Source: Candidatus Nomurabacteria bacterium (lineage in GTDB: Bacteria > Patescibacteriota > Patescibacteriia > UBA1558 > GWA2-36-10). From it: a stretch of 64,000 nt of DNA. A program made the position numbers and the translations under genes. The DNA is taken from positions 450,732 to 514,731 of the forward strand of contig JACKFO010000002.1 of the NCBI GenBank assembly GCA_020632415.1, in the 5' to 3' direction. The notes under the pieces are model-generated. The model worked only from the letters and a program-made list of their open reading frames with translations. It was not told the origin of the DNA and made no database searches. Positions 29,935-38,279 of this stretch are shown in pieces. Position 1 is the first letter of the stretch; each line of letters starts with the position of its first letter.

Positions 29935-30336
29935 TTATGGACAAGCATTACCAGAAGCAGCGGTGCTACCAGAGCCTGTACTAGAAATACAATAATCATT
30001 ACCAGATTCTCCAGCATTATCAAGAGCAGCACTAACTGCCCAAGCATCAGCATTTCCGGTACAAGTGATATCAGCATTAACTAAACCACTTGTCGCCTGT
30101 GCTGAAGAAGTAGCACTAGAAACTGCTGAATCAGCGCAGAAACCAGTATAGTTGTTATGATCATTATAATAAATTTCACCAGCAGCAGCTAGTCCTGCCA
30201 AAGAGCCCTTTACGGCAGCAACCTTGGCCTTTGAACGAGCAGAGTTTAAATTAACTACGGCAACTGATGATAAAATACCAATAATAGCGATTACGACTAA
30301 CAACTCGACTAAAGTAAAACCTTTTTGATTTTTCAT
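29935..30336 (-). CDS. Type IV major pilin paralog 3 with a Ser/Thr/Ala/Gly-rich C-terminal region
   Basis: MKNQKG|FTLVELLVVIAIIGILSSVAVVNLNSAR. Strong SD GGAGGTG 6 nt upstream. The C-terminal half is low-complexity S/T/A/G-rich with a Cys pair. Confidence 0.8.
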   Translation of the reverse strand: MKNQKGFTLVELLVVIAIIGILSSVAVVNLNSARSKAKVAAVKGSLAGLAAAGEIYYNDHNNYTGFCADSAVSSATSSAQATSGLVNADITCTGNADAWAVSAALDNAGESGNDYCISSTGSGSTAASGNACP

Positions 30337-30372
30337 TGTTACACCTCCCCTCTTGGGTCAAACAATTAAAGT

Positions 30373-30406
30373 TTAAAGCTTGAGATCTCAAAGCTCTAAA
30401 GCTTTA
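30373..30406. promoter_or_regulatory. Imperfect palindrome/operator-like element upstream of pilin paralog 3, in the divergent intergenic region
   Basis: AAAGCTTGAGATCTCAAAGCTCTAAAGCTT: an inverted repeat centred on GAGATCTC, with three AAAGCT hexamers. Confidence 0.2.
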
Positions 30407-30473
30407 TTTAATTGTCTGGGATCTTAATTATTAAAGACAGAATTATTATAGCACTTTTTCTAAAAATTGACTA

Positions 30474-32741
30474 TTGTTGAAAAGGAAAAAATGCATTAAA
30501 CTAAGTATATCATATTTTATGACTCACATAAACACACTTATGAAAAAAATAATTTATCAAATTTTATTAATTATTTTTATTATTTTTCTTTTGCTTATTT
30601 CTTTTAGAAAAATATTTAGTAACGATTTTTGGTGGCACTTAAAGCTCGGCCAACTAGCCTGGGAAAACAAAGAATGGATCACTAAAGAAATGTTTTCTTT
30701 CACTAGATATAATATTGATTGGTTTAATAACACTCAAATATTTGATGTCAGTATTTGGCTAATCTATAAGCATTTTTCTTATTTAGGGCTCTTTATCTTT
30801 AAATTTTTATGTTATTTAACAACGTTTTTTCTACTCTGGAAAACGATAAAGTTAAAAAATAATAACTCTGGACTCTTATTTTTTGCATTTTTTTCAATCC
30901 TCTCTTTATTATTATTTAGGTCTCTCTATCGCCCAGAAATATTCACTTATCTTTATACGGCTTTTTATCTCTACGCTTTATACAAATATAAATATACTGG
31001 GGGAAAATTATTATACTTAATCCCATTAATTCAAATCCTCTGGGTCAACACTCATTTGAGTTTTGTCACCGGTCTAGCTTTGGTCGGTGTTTTCTTTGGT
31101 GGAGAATTAATCCGACATTTATTGAAAAATAAAAATTTAAAATTTTTAAAAAATAAATACCTTAAAACTTACTTTGTTATTTTAATTTTAACAATAATTG
31201 CAAATTTTATTAGTCCTTATGGCCTAAAAACTATTTCTTGGTTTTGGTGGATTTTTTCTTCGCAAGAAAGCTTAAAAAATGTCAGTGAGTGGAATACTCC
31301 AGCTAAAGATAGGCTTTTTAATTTGGCAGACATCGCTAGTCTACCATACATTATAATCACTTGGCTTACTTTATTTGTTTTAATCAAAAAAATAAAAAAT
31401 TTGATCAACAAAAAATACAGCTCCTTTTCAGCTTACCAAAATATTCCCTGGGAAGACCTTTTTTTGTTTCTGCTATTTTTATACCAAAGTCTAGTTGCCC
31501 TGCGATTTGCTTTGATTAGCACTATAATTTTTTCTATTATTTTAATCAAAAATTGGCCAAAAAATCAAAAAAATCATTGGCTAACAAAAATGCTCCCTGT
31601 TACAGCTTTGATTATTTTTATGCTCAATCTCAGTTATTTTGATCGAGCTCAATTTGGTTTAGGATACTTAGATCATCGATACCCAGAAAATGCTGTTAAA
31701 TTTATCAAAGAAAACAAAATTCCTGGAAATATGGCTAATGATTATAATAATGGCGGTTATTATATTTGGTCACTCTACCCTGAAAAAAAAATCTTCATGG
31801 ACGGCCGTACGCCAAATGTTTATGATGATTATTTTTACTGGCAATGGAGAAATCTTGCAAACGATAATCTTAGAACTCAAATAGTCGAAGACTACCAAAT
31901 TAATTTCTGGCTTTGGCCAAATAATACCTCTCTACCAACAACTTTATGGAATGATGAAAATTGGCAATTGATTTATTTTGATGATTTATCGACGATTTAT
32001 ATCAAAAATACGGAAGATAACCAAGAAATTATTGAAAAATTTTCTTACAAAAACTTCGCGCCTTATTTCAATGAAAAAAACATCACCGATATTTGCCAGG
32101 AAGAAAATCTCAAAGAAAATCCAGATCTAAAAAATAACTTAATCAGTGAATTAGAAAAAGGATTAACGATCAATCCTCAAAATTGGTTGCAATACAAAAA
32201 TTTAGCCCTAGTTTATCAAAACTGTCAATTTAACCCAGAAGATCAAACAAAAATCGTCGAAAACCTTAGCCAAGCTTTAAAAATAAATCCAAAAAATCAA
32301 CATTTATACTATTTATTAGGATTCTATTATTTGCAAAATAATCAAGATCAATTGGCTTTTGAAAATTTTAAAAAAGCTGGGAAAACTCAAGCACCGTACT
32401 TAATAGGCTTAGGGACAGCTCAATACAATTTAGGGCAAAACCGACAAGCTCTTAAAACTTTATTAAAAGCACGAAAAACTGCTGGACAAATAGACACTAA
32501 ATACTACCAAACTTTAGCTCGCGTTTACTACACCCTGGATAAATACAAGATGGCAATCGAATTTCACAATCGCTATCTTGACTTAAGTCAAGATTATTCA
32601 GCCGAAAGCTACACTGATTTAGCTCAAAGTTATTTTTATGATAATCAGACCGAAAAAGCACAGGAGTATCTAGATAAAGCTTTGGAACTCGATCCTGATT
32701 ATCCTTTGGCCTTAGAAATGCAAAAAGAATTAAACAAATAG
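30474..32741 (+). CDS. Polytopic membrane protein (about 12 TM) with a C-terminal TPR-repeat domain. Candidate GT-C-fold glycosyltransferase or O-oligosaccharyltransferase. The start is uncertain (possible Met at 30519 or 30540).
   Basis: N-terminal about 400 aa is highly hydrophobic with many predicted helices. The C-terminal about 250 aa has TPR-like repeats (LALVYQNCQ..., YYLLGFYYLQNNQDQLAFENFKKAG, YTDLAQSYFYDNQTEKAQEYLDKALELDPDY). It is encoded divergently from a pilin gene. Confidence 0.4.
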   Translation: MLKRKKCIKLSISYFMTHINTLMKKIIYQILLIIFIIFLLLISFRKIFSNDFWWHLKLGQLAWENKEWITKEMFSFTRYNIDWFNNTQIFDVSIWLIYKHFSYLGLFIFKFLCYLTTFFLLWKTIKLKNNNSGLLFFAFFSILSLLLFRSLYRPEIFTYLYTAFYLYALYKYKYTGGKLLYLIPLIQILWVNTHLSFVTGLALVGVFFGGELIRHLLKNKNLKFLKNKYLKTYFVILILTIIANFISPYGLKTISWFWWIFSSQESLKNVSEWNTPAKDRLFNLADIASLPYIIITWLTLFVLIKKIKNLINKKYSSFSAYQNIPWEDLFLFLLFLYQSLVALRFALISTIIFSIILIKNWPKNQKNHWLTKMLPVTALIIFMLNLSYFDRAQFGLGYLDHRYPENAVKFIKENKIPGNMANDYNNGGYYIWSLYPEKKIFMDGRTPNVYDDYFYWQWRNLANDNLRTQIVEDYQINFWLWPNNTSLPTTLWNDENWQLIYFDDLSTIYIKNTEDNQEIIEKFSYKNFAPYFNEKNITDICQEENLKENPDLKNNLISELEKGLTINPQNWLQYKNLALVYQNCQFNPEDQTKIVENLSQALKINPKNQHLYYLLGFYYLQNNQDQLAFENFKKAGKTQAPYLIGLGTAQYNLGQNRQALKTLLKARKTAGQIDTKYYQTLARVYYTLDKYKMAIEFHNRYLDLSQDYSAESYTDLAQSYFYDNQTEKAQEYLDKALELDPDYPLALEMQKELNK

Positions 32742-32745
32742 AACA

Positions 32746-32776
32746 AAAACCCCGTCAAAAGACGGGATTTTTATTT
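32746..32776. terminator. Bidirectional terminator between the convergent TPR-membrane gene and pilC
   Basis: AAAACCCCGTC-AAAA-GACGGGATTTTTATTT. Confidence 0.6.
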
Positions 32777-32791
32777 GGATAAATATTTATT

Positions 32792-34006
32792 TTAACTAAT
32801 ACTTTGAGCAACTTTAAACATCGGTAACATAATAGCTGCCACCATCCCACCAACGCCGACGCCCATGACCATCAAAATCATCGGCTCTATCAAGGCTGTT
32901 AAACCATTAACCAAACTATCAATTTCCCGAGTATAAAAATCAGAAAGTTTTTCTAAAATTGAGTCCAACTTACCGGTCTGCTCACCAATACTCATCATTT
33001 GAGACAACATTTTTGGCATTAAATCAGATTTAGAAAAAACAGTGACAACAGAATTTCCATCTTCTACTTCCTTGATTGTCCCTAAGATTAAAGCACGATA
33101 AGCTTCGTTATCCACCACTTCAGCAGTAATTCTCAAGGCAGCTGAAACTGGCACGCCACCTCTGATCAAAGTCGAAAAACCACGAGCAAAACGAACGATA
33201 TAAATTTTCTGAAACAATGGCCCAAAAATAGGAACTTTTACTTTGGCAGTATCCCAAGCAATCTTACCACCGCCAGTTTTAGTCCAAGCTTTGAAAGCAA
33301 CAAACAAACCTACTGCCGTCCCGACAATTAACCACCAAAAGCTTTGCATAAAACTAGAAACGCCAATTAAAATTCTAGTTAAAAAAGGTAATTCTGCTCC
33401 CGAATCAATTAACATCTGAGTCATGTTTGGCACCACAAAAATCATCATCAAAAATCCCACCAAAATCATACCAGAAATAATAAAAACTGGATAAATCATC
33501 GCACCTTTAATTCGAGAGACCAAATCATAATCTTTTTCCATCTGATCGGCTAAATATTGCAAAACCTCATCCAATTTACCAGATGTTTCACCAGATTTAA
33601 CCATCGCCACATAAAAACGACTAAAGACTTTTGGATGTTTACCAAGAGCTGATGATAATTTCATACCACCATCAACGTCATTGGCCATCTCCATGATGTC
33701 TTCAATAAAAATAGGATTGACAGTCTGCTGAGCTAAAATTTTTAAAGCCTGAACAATCGGGACAGTAGAAGAAACCATTACTGACAATTGACGAGAAAAA
33801 ATAACAATATCTTTATTTTTAACTCGACCAATATTGATATTAAAACCTTTTTTGGCCTTTGATCCTCCTTCTTGCAAAGACAAAACAATCAGACCCTTGT
33901 CTTCTAACAATTCAATTGCCGATGATTCTGAAACAGCCTCGACATTTCCAGTTGTCACCGAGCCAGATTGTCCTCTGGCTCGATATTTAAAAGTAGGCAT
34001 AGCCAA
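32792..34006 (-). CDS. pilC: Type IV pilus assembly platform protein PilC (GspF family)
   Basis: Two T2SS-F domains and three TM segments. Typical about 400 aa length. Confidence 0.85.
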   Translation of the reverse strand: MAMPTFKYRARGQSGSVTTGNVEAVSESSAIELLEDKGLIVLSLQEGGSKAKKGFNINIGRVKNKDIVIFSRQLSVMVSSTVPIVQALKILAQQTVNPIFIEDIMEMANDVDGGMKLSSALGKHPKVFSRFYVAMVKSGETSGKLDEVLQYLADQMEKDYDLVSRIKGAMIYPVFIISGMILVGFLMMIFVVPNMTQMLIDSGAELPFLTRILIGVSSFMQSFWWLIVGTAVGLFVAFKAWTKTGGGKIAWDTAKVKVPIFGPLFQKIYIVRFARGFSTLIRGGVPVSAALRITAEVVDNEAYRALILGTIKEVEDGNSVVTVFSKSDLMPKMLSQMMSIGEQTGKLDSILEKLSDFYTREIDSLVNGLTALIEPMILMVMGVGVGGMVAAIMLPMFKVAQSIS

Positions 34007-34035
34007 TTTTAAAGTTTAAAAATTATCTAAAAATT

Positions 34036-35106
34036 TTATTTAAAATTTCTTCTAAAACTATCTGCGTCTGATGCTTGTAAAATAGCATCATTAGCACTAA
34101 TTTCCCCAACTTTGACTAACTCTAGCAAAGATTTGTCTAAATTAATCATTCCTTCTTCTTTGGAAGTCTGCATAATACTATTTAGCTGATAGAGACGATT
34201 ATCTTTAATAATCGCTTGAACAGCTGAGGTCATAGTCAAAACTTCATAAGCCAAGCTCAAACCACCACCAATTTTTGGTAATAATCTTTGAGCTACTACT
34301 CCCAATAAAACTTGCGACAAAACATCTTGGCCCCAAATCTTTTTTTCTGGAGATAAATTACTAATAAATCTTTCTAAAGCTGAGATCACTGTGTCGGCAT
34401 CCATCACGGCAATTACTAATTTTCCACTCTCTGCTGTTTGTAACAACATTTCCTCTAAGCCATCTTCTGACAACATGCCAACTACCACAACATCAACGTC
34501 TTCATCTAAGGTATCTTCTAGGCCCTTTAAAAAGCTACCGGTATCTTTTCCGATCTCTCTTTGTTCAATAATGCATTGGTTATTAGCTAGTAAATACTCT
34601 ATTGGTTTTTCTAAAGTCTGAACATGCAAACCTTTGTTACGATTTAAAGTCTCTAGCAAGGAAGCAACCGAGGTTGTTCTTCCGCTCCCAAAAGGACCAG
34701 TGATAATTATCAAGCCTCTTTCTTTGGTAATTAGTTGTGTCAAAACTTGAGGCAAACCAAGATCTTTTGGCGAACGAATCAACTGAGGAATAATTCTTAA
34801 AGAAATAGCAACATAACCTTTTTGATAAAAAACCCTAGCTCTAAATCTAACTCGATTTGCCCAAGAATAAACAGTCACTACTTCTCGAGATGCTTCCAAA
34901 TTTTTTTTATCTGTTTCCGAAAGAAAACCATCTACCATGGCCAACAAAAAATCTGGTGTCAAAACCTGCTCTTCCGTTAAAGTAACCAATTTACCATCAA
35001 TACGCAAAACAGGATAATTACCAGCCGTTAAATGAACGTCAGTTGCTCGACGTTCAGCTGCTAAATTTAAAATTTTATTTACCAATAAAGTTTCAGTAGT
35101 AGACAT
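34036..35106 (-). CDS. PilT-family hexameric ATPase paralog with degenerate catalytic motifs (likely pseudo-ATPase)
   Basis: PilT-like N-domain (ATDVHLTAGNYPVLRIDG...) and core. Walker A is GPFGSGRTTS (Arg replaces the canonical Lys). The Asp box/Walker B is DVVVVGMLSED instead of DVILVGEMRD (catalytic Glu lost). The His box is VMDAD instead of TLHT. Confidence 0.7.
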   Translation of the reverse strand: MSTTETLLVNKILNLAAERRATDVHLTAGNYPVLRIDGKLVTLTEEQVLTPDFLLAMVDGFLSETDKKNLEASREVVTVYSWANRVRFRARVFYQKGYVAISLRIIPQLIRSPKDLGLPQVLTQLITKERGLIIITGPFGSGRTTSVASLLETLNRNKGLHVQTLEKPIEYLLANNQCIIEQREIGKDTGSFLKGLEDTLDEDVDVVVVGMLSEDGLEEMLLQTAESGKLVIAVMDADTVISALERFISNLSPEKKIWGQDVLSQVLLGVVAQRLLPKIGGGLSLAYEVLTMTSAVQAIIKDNRLYQLNSIMQTSKEEGMINLDKSLLELVKVGEISANDAILQASDADSFRRNFK

Positions 35107-35118
35107 TAAAAAAAATAA

Positions 35119-35493
35119 TTACTTACTTAAGATGCCTTTGATTTTAGCGACAACTTCACTCGGCACAAAATGAGCTTTGATTAAATAATCTTCCGCTCCA
35201 AGATCCAAACATTTATCAATATGTTCTTTTTGAGAAAAGTTAGTCAAAATCAAAACTGGAATATTTTTGGTTTTCTCATCGGCTTTTAGATTTCTCAAAA
35301 CCTCAAAACCGTCCATTTCTGGCAAATTTAAATCCAATAAAATAAAATCTGGTAACTCTTTTTGAGCTAACTTCAAACCAGCTGTGCCGGTCATGGCTGT
35401 CAAAACATTAAAATCTTCCAATTCTAATTTGGCAGCATACATTTGAGACAAAAAGTCATCATCCTCCACAATAAGTACTCTTACTTGATCCAT
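35119..35493 (-). CDS. Single-domain CheY/PilH-like response regulator embedded in the pilus ATPase operon
   Basis: VLIVEDDD, LLDLNLPEMDG (phospho-acceptor Asp), ILT (Thr) and KAHF (Lys) receiver signatures. 124 aa. Confidence 0.75.
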   Translation of the reverse strand: MDQVRVLIVEDDDFLSQMYAAKLELEDFNVLTAMTGTAGLKLAQKELPDFILLDLNLPEMDGFEVLRNLKADEKTKNIPVLILTNFSQKEHIDKCLDLGAEDYLIKAHFVPSEVVAKIKGILSK

Positions 35494-35497
35494 AATT

Positions 35498-37240
35498 TTA
35501 TCCTTTACTTACACGTAAAATTTCTTCTACCGTTGTTAAACCTAAGGCAGCTTTGATTACGCCATCTTGATCCATTGTGATAAAGTTTTGTTTGGCCAGC
35601 TCTGCCTCCACTGCTTGACGATCAAAACCCTTGGCGACAATGTCTTTCATTTCTTTGGTGATGTCAATGGCCTCAACAATCGCCAAACGACCCTTGTAGC
35701 CAGTTCCACCACACTGAGCGCAACCTTCGCCACGATAAAAAGTATATTTTCCTTTTTTGGAACCACCATAAAAAGAAGATTCTGGAATTGTTTCCATAGT
35801 TTGTTTAATCTCAGCTAAAACATTATCTGGTAATTTTTCTTCCTTTTTACATTTTTCACAAATTTTTCTTACTAAACGTTGAGCAATTACCACATTTAAA
35901 GTACTGGCCAACAAAAATGGCTCAATATGCATATCAAACATACGAGGAATAGCACCAAGAGCATCGTTGGTATGCAAAGTAGATAAAACAAAGTGACCAG
36001 TAAGACCAGCATGAATGGAAAGTTCCGCTGTTTCATTATCACGAATCTCTCCGACCATGATGATATCTGGGTCTTGTCGAAGTAATGCTCTTAAACCACT
36101 AGCAAAAGTAAATCCTACTTCTGGCCTAACTTGAGACTGGTTAACTCCCGGAACATAATACTCAACCGGATCTTCCAAAGTTGCAATATTAACCCCTTCT
36201 TGATTCAAAGAGCTTAAGGCCGCAAATAAAGTCGTTGATTTACCAGAACCAGTCGGGCCAGTTACCAAAAACATGCCATTTGGTTTTTGAATATTCTTCA
36301 TTGCCCTTTTGCCACTTTCACCCATAAAACCAAGCTCTTCAAAAGTTGGCGCTTTTTCTGGAGTTTCCAAAATACGCATTACCACCTTTTCGTTGCCCAT
36401 CAAAGGAATAGTGGAAATACGGAAATCGACGTCTTTGTTGTGAATTTTGATTCGAATACGACCATCCTGTGGAATACGAGTTTCATCAATTTTCAAATTA
36501 GACATAACCTTAATACGCGAAACCAAAGCTGAATGAACATAAATTGGTAAAACTATCGTTGTGTGCAAAACACCGTCAATACGATAACGAATTTTACTTT
36601 GGTTACCAACTGGCTCAATATGAATATCCGAGGCCCTTCCTTCAATCGCATGCCTTAAAACCACTGAAACAATCTTAGAAACTGGAGCAGATTTAATAAC
36701 TTCCGTAAAACCTTTTCCATCATCATCATCAATAGTTTCATCTTTGGGCGCAAAAATTGCCTCAGCAGTATCTAGAGCTGCTCCCACCTCTTCACCTAAA
36801 GTCTCGTATTGTTTTAAAGCTGCACGATAACTATCTTCAGAAATAATATAAAATTTTATATTGTACTGATTTTTTCTAGCCAAAAAATTTAAAGCTTCCA
36901 TGGCTTTTAAATTTCCTGGATCGACTAAACCAGCTTCGATTTTCTTACCATCTTTATTAAAAACGACCATGCGGTAATTTTCAGCTAAATCTTGTGGTAA
37001 GATATTTAAAATTTCTGAATTAATAACTTTACCAGAAAGATTGATATATTCCATATCAAAAAAAACCGCCTTGGCTTGCGTCCAATCTTCATCAGAAACT
37101 AAAATTTTGCGCCTCAAATCTTTTTCTAATTCAGAAAAAGAACTGGCTTTGTTATTTAATAATTCTTGATATTGTTGGTCATTAATGAGTCTTTTTTCTT
37201 GTAAAAAACTCAATAATTTAAGTATTTCTTTTTTTGTCAT
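35498..37240 (-). CDS. pilB: Type IV pilus extension ATPase PilB (GspE family)
   Basis: N-terminal GSPII_E domain and canonical Walker A VTGPTGSGKSTT. Asp box DPDIIMVGEIRD, His box STLHTND, tetracysteine motif CEKC...CAQC. Confidence 0.9.
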   Translation of the reverse strand: MTKKEILKLLSFLQEKRLINDQQYQELLNNKASSFSELEKDLRRKILVSDEDWTQAKAVFFDMEYINLSGKVINSEILNILPQDLAENYRMVVFNKDGKKIEAGLVDPGNLKAMEALNFLARKNQYNIKFYIISEDSYRAALKQYETLGEEVGAALDTAEAIFAPKDETIDDDDGKGFTEVIKSAPVSKIVSVVLRHAIEGRASDIHIEPVGNQSKIRYRIDGVLHTTIVLPIYVHSALVSRIKVMSNLKIDETRIPQDGRIRIKIHNKDVDFRISTIPLMGNEKVVMRILETPEKAPTFEELGFMGESGKRAMKNIQKPNGMFLVTGPTGSGKSTTLFAALSSLNQEGVNIATLEDPVEYYVPGVNQSQVRPEVGFTFASGLRALLRQDPDIIMVGEIRDNETAELSIHAGLTGHFVLSTLHTNDALGAIPRMFDMHIEPFLLASTLNVVIAQRLVRKICEKCKKEEKLPDNVLAEIKQTMETIPESSFYGGSKKGKYTFYRGEGCAQCGGTGYKGRLAIVEAIDITKEMKDIVAKGFDRQAVEAELAKQNFITMDQDGVIKAALGLTTVEEILRVSKG

Positions 37241-37246
37241 AAAAAA

Positions 37247-37615
37247 TTATTTTTGCACCTCTGCCTCTGGATTAGCAAAAGGATAAGAATTACCCAAATT
37301 AGTTTTGGTGTTAATAAAAGTATTTATTTCTAAATCCAAACCCTGATATTGAGGATCATCTTTTACTTTTTCCAAAATACTTTTGGCTGTGCTCTCTAAA
37401 GGAAAGTACTCCAAATTTTTTTCAGCTAAAAGTTTGATTCTTCTTATTTTAGCTTCTTGAATAATTTCGTCATTGCTTAAGGGCGCTATTTCTTTATTAT
37501 TTAATAAAGAAAAAACAAACCATGCACCAAAAATCAAAAGCACAGCAATGATTATAACGATTAAAAGATTAGATTTTTTTTCACCTTTTTCCATAATAAA
37601 ATTATTTTGCGACAA
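37247..37615 (-). CDS. Bitopic membrane protein, unknown (possible pilus assembly accessory, PilP-position)
   Basis: N-terminal TM helix then a soluble domain, between pilO-like and pilB. Confidence 0.3.
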   Translation of the reverse strand: MSQNNFIMEKGEKKSNLLIVIIIAVLLIFGAWFVFSLLNNKEIAPLSNDEIIQEAKIRRIKLLAEKNLEYFPLESTAKSILEKVKDDPQYQGLDLEINTFINTKTNLGNSYPFANPEAEVQK

Positions 37616-38276
37616 AATAAGTTTTGATTGTAAAATCCATTGTCAAAGAAGATTCGCCTCCTTCGACTCCTGAGAAATTAACCGACTCTACATCCATCAA
37701 ACGTAAATTGCTCTCCAAATCATTTAAGTATTCTTTAAAAAGATCGTAAGGATTTTTGTTAGAAGTATCAATTAGCTCGCTATCTTGAGCAACGGACATG
37801 TTGATGCTAATCGAGTTCAAAGAGCTCCCGCTTTCTAAAGTACCTTCAGCTTCAGCCGAATCAGTTTTCGCTAGCGCCACTTCTTCTTGTGAAAAATCTA
37901 CTCCCTGCAAAATCAAACCTCGATTGATTGCCAAACGTTCTGCCAAAACAAAAAGCTCAGCGATCTCTGGATTTTGTGGAATAATTTTTTCTAGTCTTCT
38001 TAAGTCATTATTTCTTTGAGTTTTAACTGAATTAAATTGATATTCCAAGTCAGTCACTTTCTGAATCAAAGCCTTAACTTCAGCTTCTTTGGCTTGCACC
38101 TCTTCGACGCCTTGACTAGCCTCTGTAATCGCGCTAATCCGCGGTCTGAGTAGAAAAAAATAGCCAAAAGACAAGGTGGTCAAAACAATCAATAATAAAA
38201 CCAACCACAAATTTTTATTAGCCAATAACAAAGATGCTGATGGTTGCTCAAATTTTATTTCCGATTTTTCTGCCAT
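37602..38276 (-). CDS. PilO-like type IV pilus assembly protein
   Basis: Short N-terminus, TM helix, coiled-coil, then an alpha/beta domain. Position is immediately after pilN. Confidence 0.5.
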   Translation of the reverse strand: MAEKSEIKFEQPSASLLLANKNLWLVLLLIVLTTLSFGYFFLLRPRISAITEASQGVEEVQAKEAEVKALIQKVTDLEYQFNSVKTQRNNDLRRLEKIIPQNPEIAELFVLAERLAINRGLILQGVDFSQEEVALAKTDSAEAEGTLESGSSLNSISINMSVAQDSELIDTSNKNPYDLFKEYLNDLESNLRLMDVESVNFSGVEGGESSLTMDFTIKTYFVAK

Positions 38277-38279
38277 ATC

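Noticed and set aside
29849-30077. Long N-terminal extension of the GT2 glycosyltransferase ORF (start at 30077)
   Set aside because: The extension overlaps pilin paralog 3 in another frame and runs through that gene's terminator hairpin. Its hydrophobic sequence is the alternate-frame reading of the pilin N-terminal helix. The start is placed at MKKLS (29849).
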